In this document: piece after piece, positions 55,898 to 64,000 of the stretch
Numbering within the stretch: the first letter of the stretch is position 1
Layout: the number at the start of each line of letters is the position of its first letter
Assembly (NCBI GenBank): GCA_028749205.1
Contig: JAQULR010000001.1
Span: forward strand, 62,840 to 126,839
Direction of reading: 5' to 3'
Length of the DNA stretch: 64,000 nt
Origin: Acidobacteriota bacterium
Lineage (GTDB): Bacteria > Acidobacteriota > Aminicenantia > Aminicenantales > Saccharicenantaceae
The notes under the pieces: generated by a model
What the model saw: the letters and a program-made list of their open reading frames with translations, nothing else
Databases searched by the model: none
Told to the model about the DNA's origin: nothing
Position numbers and translations under genes: made by a program

Positions 55898-57358
55898 TTG
55901 AGCCAAAAAGAGCAGTTCGTGTCCAAGTTGGGTTTTGTGGCTGCGGCTATTGGCATGGCTGTAGGTACGGGCAACATCTGGCGATTTCCCAGAATGGCCG
56001 CCCAGTATGGGGGAGGGGTATTTGTTCTGGTTTATATCCTGGCACTTTTTCTGTGGTCAGCTCCCCTGCTAATGGTGGAGATGGCTATTGGCCGCAAGAC
56101 CAGGATGGGACCGATTGGCGGCTTTAGAGATTTTATCGGCCAAAAATATACCTGGATGGGCGGCTGGATGGTAGCGGTCTGTTTACTTATTGCTTTTTAT
56201 TATGCGGTCATTGCTGGATGGTGTGCCAAGTATTTGGTTCTATCATTTCAGGGAGCCTTTCGGGAAGGGGCAGATACCGCTTCTCTTTGGAATAGCTTCC
56301 TTCACAATCCCTGGCAGAATATTTTCTACCAGGCCCTGGCCATTGGGCTTTGTGGGCTGATCATATATAGAGGTATCCAGAAGGGTGTGGAGAGAATAAA
56401 CAAAATTTTGGTTCCCTGTCTGTTTTTATTTTTGATTGTGGCGGCTATCCGAGCGGTTACCCTCCCGGGAGCCAGTTTGGGTTTGAGCTATCTATTTGTC
56501 CCAAATTGGTCTAAGCTGGCTGACCCGGCCACCTGGCTTCAGGCTTTCACCCAATCAGCCTGGTCGACCGGAGCTGGTTGGGGCCTGATGCTTACTTATG
56601 CGGTCTATACCAGCAAGAAGGATGATATCCCCCAAAATTGCTTTACAGTCGGCTTTGGTGATAATTCCTCAGCTTTACTGGCCGGAATGGCAGTTATTCC
56701 TACTATATTTGCCCTTTCGCCTAATCTCGACGTGGCAGCAGCTTCACTTTCTGACAACATGGGATTGACCTTCATTTCGCTGGCCGGGTTGTTTCCGAAA
56801 ATGGCTGGAGGAATGTTTATTGCTCCGGTATTTTTTTTGGCGATGTTGTTTGCCGCTATGAGCTCTCTTATTGCTATGGTAGAGCTCGGAGCTAAAGCCT
56901 TAATGGATTTTGGCTGGAGCCGAAAGAAAAGCACCCTGGTAGTGATTTCAGTTTGTCTTGTCCTGGGGTTGCCTTCAGCAGCTTTCCCTTCCTTTCTTCT
57001 TAACCAGGATTGGGTCTGGGGTATGGCTCTATTGGTCAGCGGTTTTTGGGTAATTTTAGCCGCCAGAAAATATGGAGTTGACAAGCTCAGGCAGGAAATA
57101 AATTCAGGATCTGAGCTCAAAATGGGGCGCTGGTGGTCCCTGGTTCTCAAATACATTTCTCCTCTAATTTTTCTGGTGGTTACCTGCTGGTGGTTCCTTC
57201 AAGCTATTAGCTGGGATAAGAAAAACTGGTGGAATCCGTTTAAGGCTAATTCAGCAGGAACGATTCTTTTCCAATGGCTGCTGCTGCTGTTGCTGGTGCT
57301 GGCGCTTAACAAGTACCTGGCTCGTCGGACAAAGAAACCCATAGAGACGGAGGACTAA
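55898..57358 (+). CDS. Sodium-dependent transporter, NSS/SNF family
   Basis: AAIGMAVGTGNIWRFP signature and ~11-12 TM segments. TTG start 5 nt after GGAGG (55888-55892). Confidence 0.9.
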   Translation: MSQKEQFVSKLGFVAAAIGMAVGTGNIWRFPRMAAQYGGGVFVLVYILALFLWSAPLLMVEMAIGRKTRMGPIGGFRDFIGQKYTWMGGWMVAVCLLIAFYYAVIAGWCAKYLVLSFQGAFREGADTASLWNSFLHNPWQNIFYQALAIGLCGLIIYRGIQKGVERINKILVPCLFLFLIVAAIRAVTLPGASLGLSYLFVPNWSKLADPATWLQAFTQSAWSTGAGWGLMLTYAVYTSKKDDIPQNCFTVGFGDNSSALLAGMAVIPTIFALSPNLDVAAASLSDNMGLTFISLAGLFPKMAGGMFIAPVFFLAMLFAAMSSLIAMVELGAKALMDFGWSRKKSTLVVISVCLVLGLPSAAFPSFLLNQDWVWGMALLVSGFWVILAARKYGVDKLRQEINSGSELKMGRWWSLVLKYISPLIFLVVTCWWFLQAISWDKKNWWNPFKANSAGTILFQWLLLLLLVLALNKYLARRTKKPIETED

Positions 57359-57359
57359 G

Positions 57360-57464
57360 ATGGAAGTGATAATCTGGATGGTGATAATTCTGGGATTGAA
57401 CTTTGGAGCCTTAGGCTATTTTCTCTGGCGATTGTTGAGGAAAGATCGCTCACCGGATAATTGA
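57360..57464 (+). CDS. MetS-like NSS transporter small subunit (34 aa, single TM)
   Basis: My translation reads MEVIIWMVIILGLNFGALGYFLWRLLRKDRSPDN*. It starts 1 nt after the NSS stop codon. Its size, hydrophobic helix and basic tail match the small subunits found after bacterial NSS genes. It is below the ORF-track cutoff. Confidence 0.55.
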   Translation: MEVIIWMVIILGLNFGALGYFLWRLLRKDRSPDN

Positions 57465-57535
57465 AAAGAACAAGGTACAACCGAAGGTGATATCAGTTCT
57501 AAAAAATACCAAAAGCACCAGAGGTTAGAGCCGGA

Positions 57536-58234
57536 TTATTTATCGCTTTCTTGGTATCTATAACCTACGGCTCTGACACTCTGAATGAGATTGGCCAGTT
57601 CCCCCATTTTTTCTCGAAGATGGTGGATGTGGACATCCACTGTTCTGGTAACAACTACTTTTTCCCCACCCCAGAGATAATCAAGTATCTGATCTCTGGT
57701 AAAAACCCGCCCTGGTCTGGAGCTCAGCAGCTCTAATATCCTGAATTCGCTCAGAGACAGTTCCAGCGGCTGACCTTTTATCCGGACTTCATGTTTTTCT
57801 GGATTGATGATGAGCTTTCCGCCAGCCAGCTTCTTTTCTTTGTTTTCGGCACCGGGCAACCTATCCTCTCGCCTGAGAACTGCTTTTATTCTGGCCTCCA
57901 GTTCCCTCAGAGAAAAGGGCTTGGTGACATAATCATCAGCCCCCAGCTCCAGCCCGGTTACCCGATCAGCCTCTTGAGATCTGGCTGTTAGCATAATAAC
58001 TGGGATAATGGACTTTTCTGGTTTCCCCTTTAAATAGCGACAGATCTCCAGGCCATCGGCGCCAGGCAGCATCAGATCCAGAAGGATAAGATCAGGTTGA
58101 TGGAGGTCAATGTACTTTAGAAAAGCTTCAGGCCTGACAAATGTTTCTACTTTGAAACCAGCTCGGGTCAGGTAAGTCCGCAGCAGCTCCAAAATATCTT
58201 CTTCATCATCCAGAACAGCAATGATTTTGGCCAT
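57536..58234 (-). CDS. phoB: OmpR/PhoB-family response regulator
   Basis: Receiver domain (DDEEDILELL...DLILLDLMLPG, phospho-acceptor Asp) plus a winged-helix output domain (LSLSEFRILELL...VDVHIHHLREK). Lies downstream of pstB2. The phoB assignment is by context. Confidence 0.85.
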   Translation of the reverse strand: MAKIIAVLDDEEDILELLRTYLTRAGFKVETFVRPEAFLKYIDLHQPDLILLDLMLPGADGLEICRYLKGKPEKSIIPVIMLTARSQEADRVTGLELGADDYVTKPFSLRELEARIKAVLRREDRLPGAENKEKKLAGGKLIINPEKHEVRIKGQPLELSLSEFRILELLSSRPGRVFTRDQILDYLWGGEKVVVTRTVDVHIHHLREKMGELANLIQSVRAVGYRYQESDK

Positions 58235-58394
58235 AGAAACTAGTCCTTTTATTTATTTATACGATTTTAGTCAGCAATTGTCCATCTCAAGTCTCAGGGC
58301 GAGCCGACTTTATGCACAAACAGTCTCTAAGCCAGACAGCTGCCTTATTCATAAAACTGGGATTCTCCCGAAATTTTCAGCCATTTTTCCCGGA

Positions 58395-59192
58395 TTAGCC
58401 AAATCTTCCTGTTACGTAGTCTTCAGTCAATTTATTAGCAGGGTTAGTAAATATTTTTTCGGTCCGATCATACTCAATAAGTTCACCTAGCCAGAGGAAA
58501 GCAGTGAAATCAGAAATTCTAGCCGCCTGCTGCATATTATGGGTTACTATGACTACTGTAAACTCTGTTTTAAGTTGATGAATTAGCTCCTCCACCCGGG
58601 CAGTAGCGATAGGGTCAATAGCCGAGCAAGGTTCATCGAACAGGATAATCTCTGGCTCGACGGCCAGGGCTCGAGCAATGCACAGACGCTGTTGTTGACC
58701 ACCTGAAAGCTTGAGGGCATTTTGGTTCAGACGATCCTTAACTTCCTCCCAGATAGCCGCCTGCCGCAAGCTTTTTTCCACTATTTTTTCCAGATCGGCT
58801 CGGTTATGATTGCTACCGATTTTCAAGCCATAGGCCACATTGTCAAAGATTGATTTGGGGAAAGGATTTGGTTTCTGAAAAACCATACCCACCTTTTTGC
58901 GGAGAGCTACCAGATCGATATCCCGGTCATAGATGTTTTCTTCATCTATCAAGATTTTGCCTTCTATCCGGGCTTCCGGGATCAGATCATTCATCCGGTT
59001 TAGGGCCCGGATAAAACTGGATTTGCCGCAGCCAGAAGGGCCGATGATAGCTGTAACCTGATTTTCAGGTATGGACAGATTGATATTTTCCAGGACCTGT
59101 TTCTGACCATAAAAAAGATTAAGATTTTCAACCAGAATCTTGGTCTGGCCAACTGTCTTAAGATTAGTATTTACCACGTTCAATTTTTCCAC
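58395..59192 (-). CDS. pstB: Phosphate ABC transporter ATPase PstB (operon 2)
   Basis: Motifs [45 protein letters not shown] and a C-terminal YVTGRFG. This is a canonical PstB. Confidence 0.92.
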   Translation of the reverse strand: MEKLNVVNTNLKTVGQTKILVENLNLFYGQKQVLENINLSIPENQVTAIIGPSGCGKSSFIRALNRMNDLIPEARIEGKILIDEENIYDRDIDLVALRKKVGMVFQKPNPFPKSIFDNVAYGLKIGSNHNRADLEKIVEKSLRQAAIWEEVKDRLNQNALKLSGGQQQRLCIARALAVEPEIILFDEPCSAIDPIATARVEELIHQLKTEFTVVIVTHNMQQAARISDFTAFLWLGELIEYDRTEKIFTNPANKLTEDYVTGRFG

Positions 59193-60064
59193 TTTCCTCT
59201 AAGTCTGGACCGGAGAATAACTGCCGTCAGATTGAATAGAATGACAAAGACTACCAGAACCAAAGCAGTGCCATAGGCTAAAGGCCTAGCTTTATCTATG
59301 GCATGGTGCTGGGTAGCCATAATGTAAAGATGATAGGGCAGGGCCATGAACTGATCTCTCAAGGAAGCCGGTAGAAACGGCAAGTAGAAGGCCGCTCCAG
59401 TAAACATGATCGGGGCAGTTTCTCCTGCTGCCCTGGCCAGGCCGAGAATCGCACCTGTGAGCATACCTGGAAGGGAGTAAGGTAAAACGTTGGTGCGGAT
59501 CATCTGCCATTTAGTTGCGCCCAGGGCCAGGGCGCCCTCGCGGTATGAGTCGGGGACAGTTTTAAGAGCCTCTTCGCTGGCGGTAATTGTCCAGGGTAAG
59601 GTCAGCAAGGCCAAGGTCAAACCGGCGGAAAGAACCGAGGTGCCCAGCTTTAATAGGTTGACGAACAGGATGACTCCAAATAGACCATAAACTACGGATG
59701 GGACTCCAGCTAGGTTCCTGATAGAAAGTCTTATCAACCTGGTAAGCCGGTCAGTTCTGGCATACTCGTTAAGATAGATAGCGGCCGCCATGCCCAAGGG
59801 GACAGCAATGGCGGTGGTAATTAGAGTAACTAAAAAAGTGCCGAAGATAGCCGGGAAAATACCGCCTTCTGTCATGCCCTTCCTGGGAGGCTGACTTAAA
59901 AATTCCCAGGAAATAGTCTGATGCCCATTGATAAAAATATCGTAAAAGAAATAGAGGAGGATAAATAAAATAAAACAGACAGATAGCCGAAGAACCAAAA
60001 AACCCAGAAACTGGGTCAGCTGGCCGCGGAGGTTTTTGCTGCTTTTTCTGACGGAATTTTTCAC
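59180..60064 (-). CDS. pstA: Phosphate ABC transporter permease PstA (operon 2)
   Basis: 294 aa with the motif [26 protein letters not shown]. Assignment also uses gene order. Confidence 0.88.
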   Translation of the reverse strand: MKNSVRKSSKNLRGQLTQFLGFLVLRLSVCFILFILLYFFYDIFINGHQTISWEFLSQPPRKGMTEGGIFPAIFGTFLVTLITTAIAVPLGMAAAIYLNEYARTDRLTRLIRLSIRNLAGVPSVVYGLFGVILFVNLLKLGTSVLSAGLTLALLTLPWTITASEEALKTVPDSYREGALALGATKWQMIRTNVLPYSLPGMLTGAILGLARAAGETAPIMFTGAAFYLPFLPASLRDQFMALPYHLYIMATQHHAIDKARPLAYGTALVLVVFVILFNLTAVILRSRLRGKWKN

Positions 60065-60966
60065 TGCAATTTCCTCTTCTGCTTTTCTAAAATGACGTCA
60101 GCTGAAAGGTTGATGAAGAAAGTTATCAAAAAAAGAACCAGTCCAAGAGCAAATAGAGCATAATAATGGGTTGAGTAATACGGAACCTCTCCCAGCTCGA
60201 TAGCAATGTTGGCGGTCAGGGTTCTTACAGATTGCAGAAAACCGCTGGGGAAAGCCCGGGCGTTGCCAGTGGCCATTAGGACAGTCATGGTCTCGCCTAT
60301 CGCCCGGCCCATGCCCAGCATTAAAGAGGCTATAATCCCGGAGGCGGCGGCCGGGATCTTTACTTTTATTAGGGTTTCCCAGGGGTTGGCCCCCAAGGCG
60401 AGAGAAGCTTCGACGTAGGAAACAGGCACAGCATTAAGGGAATCCTCCGAGATGCTGATAATGGTTGGTAGGGCCATTATAGCCAGCAGGAGGCTGCCGT
60501 TCAGGGCGTTCAAGCCGTGACTCAGGTTGAATACTCTGGCAATTAGCGGCCCGACTAGAGTTATTCCAATAAAACCAACTACGACTGAAGGTATAGCTGC
60601 CAGCAATTCCACTATTGGCTTGACAATCTCTCTTACCTTCGGAGCGGCCACATCAGAAAGATAAGAAGCTACTGCTACACCTAATGGAAATGATATGACC
60701 ATGGCTCCTATAGTAACCATAATCGTACTGGCCAGCATAGAAAGAAAGCCATATTCAGGCTTTTCGGGCGAGGTGGGGTCCCAGCGAGTGGAAGTCAGAA
60801 ATTCCCGAAGACCAATCTCTCTGAAAGCCGGCACAGAGGTGTATAGAAGAAGGGCTATGATACCGAGCAGGATGGCGATTACCATCAATCCGCTGGTCTG
60901 AAAAAGACGGTGGATAAGGCCTTCTCGTAAATCGGCGAGGATGCCCTTCTTCTTTACAGAGCGCAT
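60061..60966 (-). CDS. pstC: Phosphate ABC transporter permease PstC (operon 2)
   Basis: 301 aa with the motif VEASLALGANPWETLIKVKIPAAASG. Assignment also uses gene order. Confidence 0.88.
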   Translation of the reverse strand: MRSVKKKGILADLREGLIHRLFQTSGLMVIAILLGIIALLLYTSVPAFREIGLREFLTSTRWDPTSPEKPEYGFLSMLASTIMVTIGAMVISFPLGVAVASYLSDVAAPKVREIVKPIVELLAAIPSVVVGFIGITLVGPLIARVFNLSHGLNALNGSLLLAIMALPTIISISEDSLNAVPVSYVEASLALGANPWETLIKVKIPAAASGIIASLMLGMGRAIGETMTVLMATGNARAFPSGFLQSVRTLTANIAIELGEVPYYSTHYYALFALGLVLFLITFFINLSADVILEKQKRKLQ

Positions 60967-60990
60967 TTTCTGGCTACTTTCACTCAGAAA

Positions 60991-61926
60991 TTATCTTAAG
61001 TTCTTCTCGTTCTGTGCCATTAAGTCTTTTCCGATTCTGAAGAATCCTTCTCTTTCGACGATAGCCTGGCCCTCGGGGCTGAGTTCAAAGCGGAGGAACT
61101 GAGCCACCGCGGCTGAAGGCTTTCCGTTAGTCGATTGATAAAGAGGCCGAGAAATAGGGTATTTAGCTGAATAGACAGCTTCTTTATCCAGAGGAGAATA
61201 GGCAGGAGAATTGTCATCTTGCCTGATTTTCAAAACTTTTATCCCTTTTCTTGGCTGGCCCTTCTCATCATAAACGTAGCCCACTCCAACATACCCGATT
61301 CCTGCCTCATCGCGAGTTAAAGCTTCTATGATCTGGGCGTTGCCGTTCATTTCTTTTACCTCTGGAGAATAGTCCTTGTTATTCAAGACATGTTCCTGTA
61401 AGAAAGCATAAGTCCCGGAATTAGACTGCCGGCCGTAGAGAGAAATTTTCTGGTCTGGGCCACCCAGGACTTTCCAATTTTGAATTTCGCCCCTGAAAAT
61501 AGAACCAACCTGAGTTATGGTTAAAGTGTCTATGGGGTTTTTCTCATTGATCACGATACTCAAAGCATCAATTGCTATAGCAAATATTCTGGGCTTAAGG
61601 CCTTTTTCAGCAGCCAATTGTAGTTCTTTATCCTTCCATTCGCGGGAATGATTGGCTAGATCACAGGTGCCGTTAATGATGGCCGTGATACCGGTTCCAG
61701 AGCCACCCCCAAGAACTGCCAAAGCTGCCCCCGGGTTTTTGGCCATGTATTCTTCTGCCATAATTTGAACTAAATTGACCATGGTGTCTGAACCTTTAAT
61801 CTGAATCATTTTTTTCTGGGCAATTCCTGGCCTGACCAGAAAGAGACCGGAAAGAAGCAGGGCAAGACCGATTCTTCCGGCCCACCCAGCCAGCTTTTTC
61901 GGACTTTGGCTTGTTTTGTTTTTCAT
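60991..61926 (-). CDS. pstS: PstS-family phosphate-binding protein (operon 2)
   Basis: IKGSDTMVNLVQIMAEEYMAKNPGAALAVLGGGSGTGI pattern. Signal peptide present. Confidence 0.88.
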   Translation of the reverse strand: MKNKTSQSPKKLAGWAGRIGLALLLSGLFLVRPGIAQKKMIQIKGSDTMVNLVQIMAEEYMAKNPGAALAVLGGGSGTGITAIINGTCDLANHSREWKDKELQLAAEKGLKPRIFAIAIDALSIVINEKNPIDTLTITQVGSIFRGEIQNWKVLGGPDQKISLYGRQSNSGTYAFLQEHVLNNKDYSPEVKEMNGNAQIIEALTRDEAGIGYVGVGYVYDEKGQPRKGIKVLKIRQDDNSPAYSPLDKEAVYSAKYPISRPLYQSTNGKPSAAVAQFLRFELSPEGQAIVEREGFFRIGKDLMAQNEKNLR

Positions 61927-61948
61927 TTTTACCTCCTAAATATTTTTA

Positions 61949-63037
61949 TTAAAAGCTCATTAAAAAAGTCAGGTTGAAAATTAGGTCATTTTTCTTAAGA
62001 GGGTCTTTATAGTTATAGACCCAGATATTGGGCTGAAGCTTGAAGCTCTTGTCGAGCGGAGCCCAGTCCAGGCCGGCAATGACCAGCGAAATTTCATCCT
62101 CATCAATCAGGTTGTCTGGCTCATAGCGGTCAAAGCGGGCAAACAGGTTAAGCTTATTAGGAATCAAACTATAGCGTCCAAATATGGAAAATCCTGAACG
62201 GTCAGAACGCTCGTCTTCGACCAGATTCTTATCGTTCTGATAAACAAAGTATTCGGCTCCAAGCGTCAGATTGGGGATAACTTCAATGAACAGGTCCCCT
62301 TTGTAGGTAACAGCATCAGCTCCCTCATCCTGCTTTTCATAATCAGCATAACCGACCAAAGACAGACCCTTTAAGGGGATTAATTGCAGCTGGCCGCTTA
62401 CCTTTTTATACTTATCTTTTTCCGGCTTAGAGTAGCCCTCTCCGCTCGAAAGCATGACTCCATATTGAACCTGGGGAATAATTTCCCCTGTCAGGCTAAT
62501 TCCGAGGTCAGAACTGGTAGCGTCAATGTCTTGGCCGGTAATATCCTTATAGCCGTCCAGAAGGGTTTTAGCCACGCTGCGGTAACCCCAGCGGTCTTCA
62601 GCCTGCTTGAAGGTAATGGTATCGGCCATACCGACCTTAATGGCGGCGTTGGGGATGAGGTTACTGACCTGAAGGTACATATGTTTGAGGAAGGGGCGGA
62701 ACTTATTGTCGGCTTTCCCGCCGGCATCAGTCGCTTTAACTGTATCGCCGTCGAGCGTCAAACGAAAACTGACCAGGTCGCTGACCTTGTTGTCATAACG
62801 AAAATAAACCCGCCGGAATTGCATGAAGTTGTTCTTGAAAGTAGGATCATCCGGGGGCGGGGTGGTAATGGGACCGTTATCTGAGAGATAAAAAGTGTAG
62901 TCAAAATAGACAGTGCCTGAAAATTTTTGCTGAGCCCTAGCTGGAGTCATTAAAAAACCAAGGCTTATCAGACCACCCAAAAACCAGATTGCAAAACGCT
63001 TGCTCAGTCTCAATGATTTTTTTAATTTGAGACCCAT
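61949..63037 (-). CDS. Putative outer-membrane porin, first gene of pst operon 2
   Basis: Signal peptide (..LMTPARAQQ), alternating beta pattern, FRRVYFRYDNKVSDLVSFRLTLD, and a C-terminal NLTFLMSF. Separated from pstS2 by 22 nt. Confidence 0.6.
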   Translation of the reverse strand: MGLKLKKSLRLSKRFAIWFLGGLISLGFLMTPARAQQKFSGTVYFDYTFYLSDNGPITTPPPDDPTFKNNFMQFRRVYFRYDNKVSDLVSFRLTLDGDTVKATDAGGKADNKFRPFLKHMYLQVSNLIPNAAIKVGMADTITFKQAEDRWGYRSVAKTLLDGYKDITGQDIDATSSDLGISLTGEIIPQVQYGVMLSSGEGYSKPEKDKYKKVSGQLQLIPLKGLSLVGYADYEKQDEGADAVTYKGDLFIEVIPNLTLGAEYFVYQNDKNLVEDERSDRSGFSIFGRYSLIPNKLNLFARFDRYEPDNLIDEDEISLVIAGLDWAPLDKSFKLQPNIWVYNYKDPLKKNDLIFNLTFLMSF

Positions 63038-63139
63038 TTTCTTTTCTCCTTTTTTGGTTTTTTCTGGAATCTATCTGGCGCCAGCCTGAATCCAGAGAAC
63101 TAAGGCTACAATTCCTGTGTGAAGATCGAGCAAAGAAAC

Positions 63140-63172
63140 GGTTAATTTTCGGTTAAGATTCGAGCGGGTTAA
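63140..63172. promoter_or_regulatory. Three direct GGTTAA repeats upstream of pst operon 2 (candidate response-regulator boxes)
   Basis: GGTTAA at 63140, 63151 and 63167. The first two are exactly 11 bp apart. Read on the operon strand the repeat is TTAACC. Confidence 0.3.
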
Positions 63173-63325
63173 CAGGTCTAGATTATTCACCAAGCCTCCA
63201 GCTCCCTCTGCTTGATTCCTGAGCCGATAAATTGTTCTCGGGGAAAATCGGGAGACGAGATAAAAATTGACAATTAATAAATATTTTATCTCCAGCCTGT
63301 GCCTAAGCTGAAAAATATGTGGCAG

Positions 63326-63361
63326 GTTAATCTGAATTATTTGTGAATAATCCAGATTAAC
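63326..63361. repeat. Member B of the dispersed motif: near-perfect 16-bp inverted repeat GTTAATCTGAATTATT-TGTG-AATAATCCAGATTAAC
   Basis: 15 of 16 arm positions are complementary, with a 4-bp spacer. Lies 54 nt upstream of the purF ATG, in the divergent pst2/purF intergenic region. Confidence 0.55.
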
Positions 63362-63414
63362 ACCTTCAGGGCTATTTGCTATAATTAGATTCTATAGCAG
63401 AGGAAAAACATTTA

Positions 63415-64000
63415 ATGTGCGGTGTTATTGGTATTTGGGCTAACCGGGAAATATTTCATGATCTTTATCAAGGTTTGCTTTCCATCCAGCACCGGGGGCA
63501 GGATGCTGCCGGAATCATCACCTATGATGGTAGATTCCATGAGAAAAAGGGGAGCGGGCTGGTGCTGGACATCTTCGGACCTGAAGAAGCCTCCCAGCTT
63601 AAAGGAAATATCGGCCTTGGCCATACCCGCTATCCGACTATCGGTGGGGGAAGCTACGAAGATGCCCAGCCTTTTATGGTCAACACGCCCTTCGGAATTA
63701 TTCTGGCTCATAACGGTAATGTAATTAACTATCATCAGCTAAAAAAGGAGCTGTTTGAAAAAGATCAAAGGCTGCTGAATTCTGATTGTGATGCCGAGGT
63801 CATCCTCAATGTTTTTGCCGAGGAGCTGGAAGAACAGAGGGCTAAAAACCTAACCCCAGAGAACATTTTCAGAGCAGTAGCTGGGGTCTATCGACGGGTT
63901 AAGGGCAGTTATTCAGTTGTGGCTTACATTGCTGAGCAAGGGATGGTAGCTTTCCGGGACCCTCATGGTATTAAACCACTTAGTTTTGGCCGCCGGAAGG
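63415..64000 (+). CDS. purF: Amidophosphoribosyltransferase (PurF), N-terminal 195 aa; the gene runs off the window end
   Basis: My translation from the ATG at 63415 reads MCGVIGIWANREIFHDLYQGLLSIQHRGQDAAGIITYDG...GHTRYPTIGG...ILAHNGNVINY, a class II glutamine amidotransferase with Cys2. It is absent from the track because it has no stop codon. The track ORFs 63412..63735(-) and 63422..63724(+) are shadows. Confidence 0.93.
   Translation, partial: MCGVIGIWANREIFHDLYQGLLSIQHRGQDAAGIITYDGRFHEKKGSGLVLDIFGPEEASQLKGNIGLGHTRYPTIGGGSYEDAQPFMVNTPFGIILAHNGNVINYHQLKKELFEKDQRLLNSDCDAEVILNVFAEELEEQRAKNLTPENIFRAVAGVYRRVKGSYSVVAYIAEQGMVAFRDPHGIKPLSFGRRK

Noticed and set aside
56605-57156. 183-aa reverse-strand ORF
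   Set aside because: It is antisense to the NSS transporter, whose signature GTGNIWRFP and TM pattern are unambiguous.
57533-57544. GGATTATTTATC at the response-regulator stop codon, resembling the left half of palindrome A
   Set aside because: It is only a half-site and there is no inverted partner downstream. The sequence is largely dictated by the coding 3' end (..SDK*). I treat it as coincidental unless a genome-wide scan says otherwise.
63412-63735. 107-aa (-) and 100-aa (+, 63422..63724) ORFs near the window end
   Set aside because: Both are off-frame or antisense shadows of purF. The purF frame starting at 63415 gives MCGVIGIW... and stays open to the window end.

Overview
This is a 64-kb chromosomal window from a diderm bacterium, judged from a GT9 heptosyltransferase, Mla lipid transport, a LolB-like lipoprotein and several outer-membrane barrels. 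I cannot assign taxonomy from the sequence alone. The window spans the dnaA-dnaN replication-origin region. About 75 features are supported, and most are housekeeping genes. They include fabF'-acpP-fabG-plsX-rpmF-yceD, polA, dnaN-dnaA, rpmB, rel, ispE-tRNA(Gln)-prs-rplY-pth-rpsF-rpsR-rplI-dnaB, mlaEFD, radA, a PIN/TRAM protein, ispF, dprA-topA-xerC, comEA, rdgB, mgtC, eno, an NSS transporter and purF'. I saw no CRISPR array, rRNA, transposase or prophage. The most unusual item is a tightly coupled 11-gene operon (7842-17211). It encodes a group-4 membrane-bound [NiFe]-hydrogenase whose subunit inventory mirrors the 11 core subunits of complex I: three antiporter-like subunits, NuoJ/K/A-like small subunits and NuoB/C/D/H/I-like subunits. 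The NuoD-like subunit still carries both Ni-Fe CxxC motifs and a 41-aa C-terminal tail. MrpEFG, NuoEFG and maturation genes are all absent from the window. Other points worth follow-up: (1) two separate porin-pstSCAB operons with different regulators, one Rrf2 and one an orphan PhoB-like protein, and neither with PhoU or PhoR; (2) a family of related AT-rich imperfect palindromes (core ATTATT-N4-AATAATCCAG) found only between genes at four or more sites; (3) a signal-peptide-bearing Memo-AMMECR1 fusion; (4) an MlaD with a long coiled coil and a beta-rich C-terminus; (5) an SH3b-beta-barrel outer-membrane protein; (6) an unlisted MetS-like mini-ORF; (7) DnaA-box clusters that define oriC. All calls come from reading the translations and the DNA by eye. 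No database searches were run.
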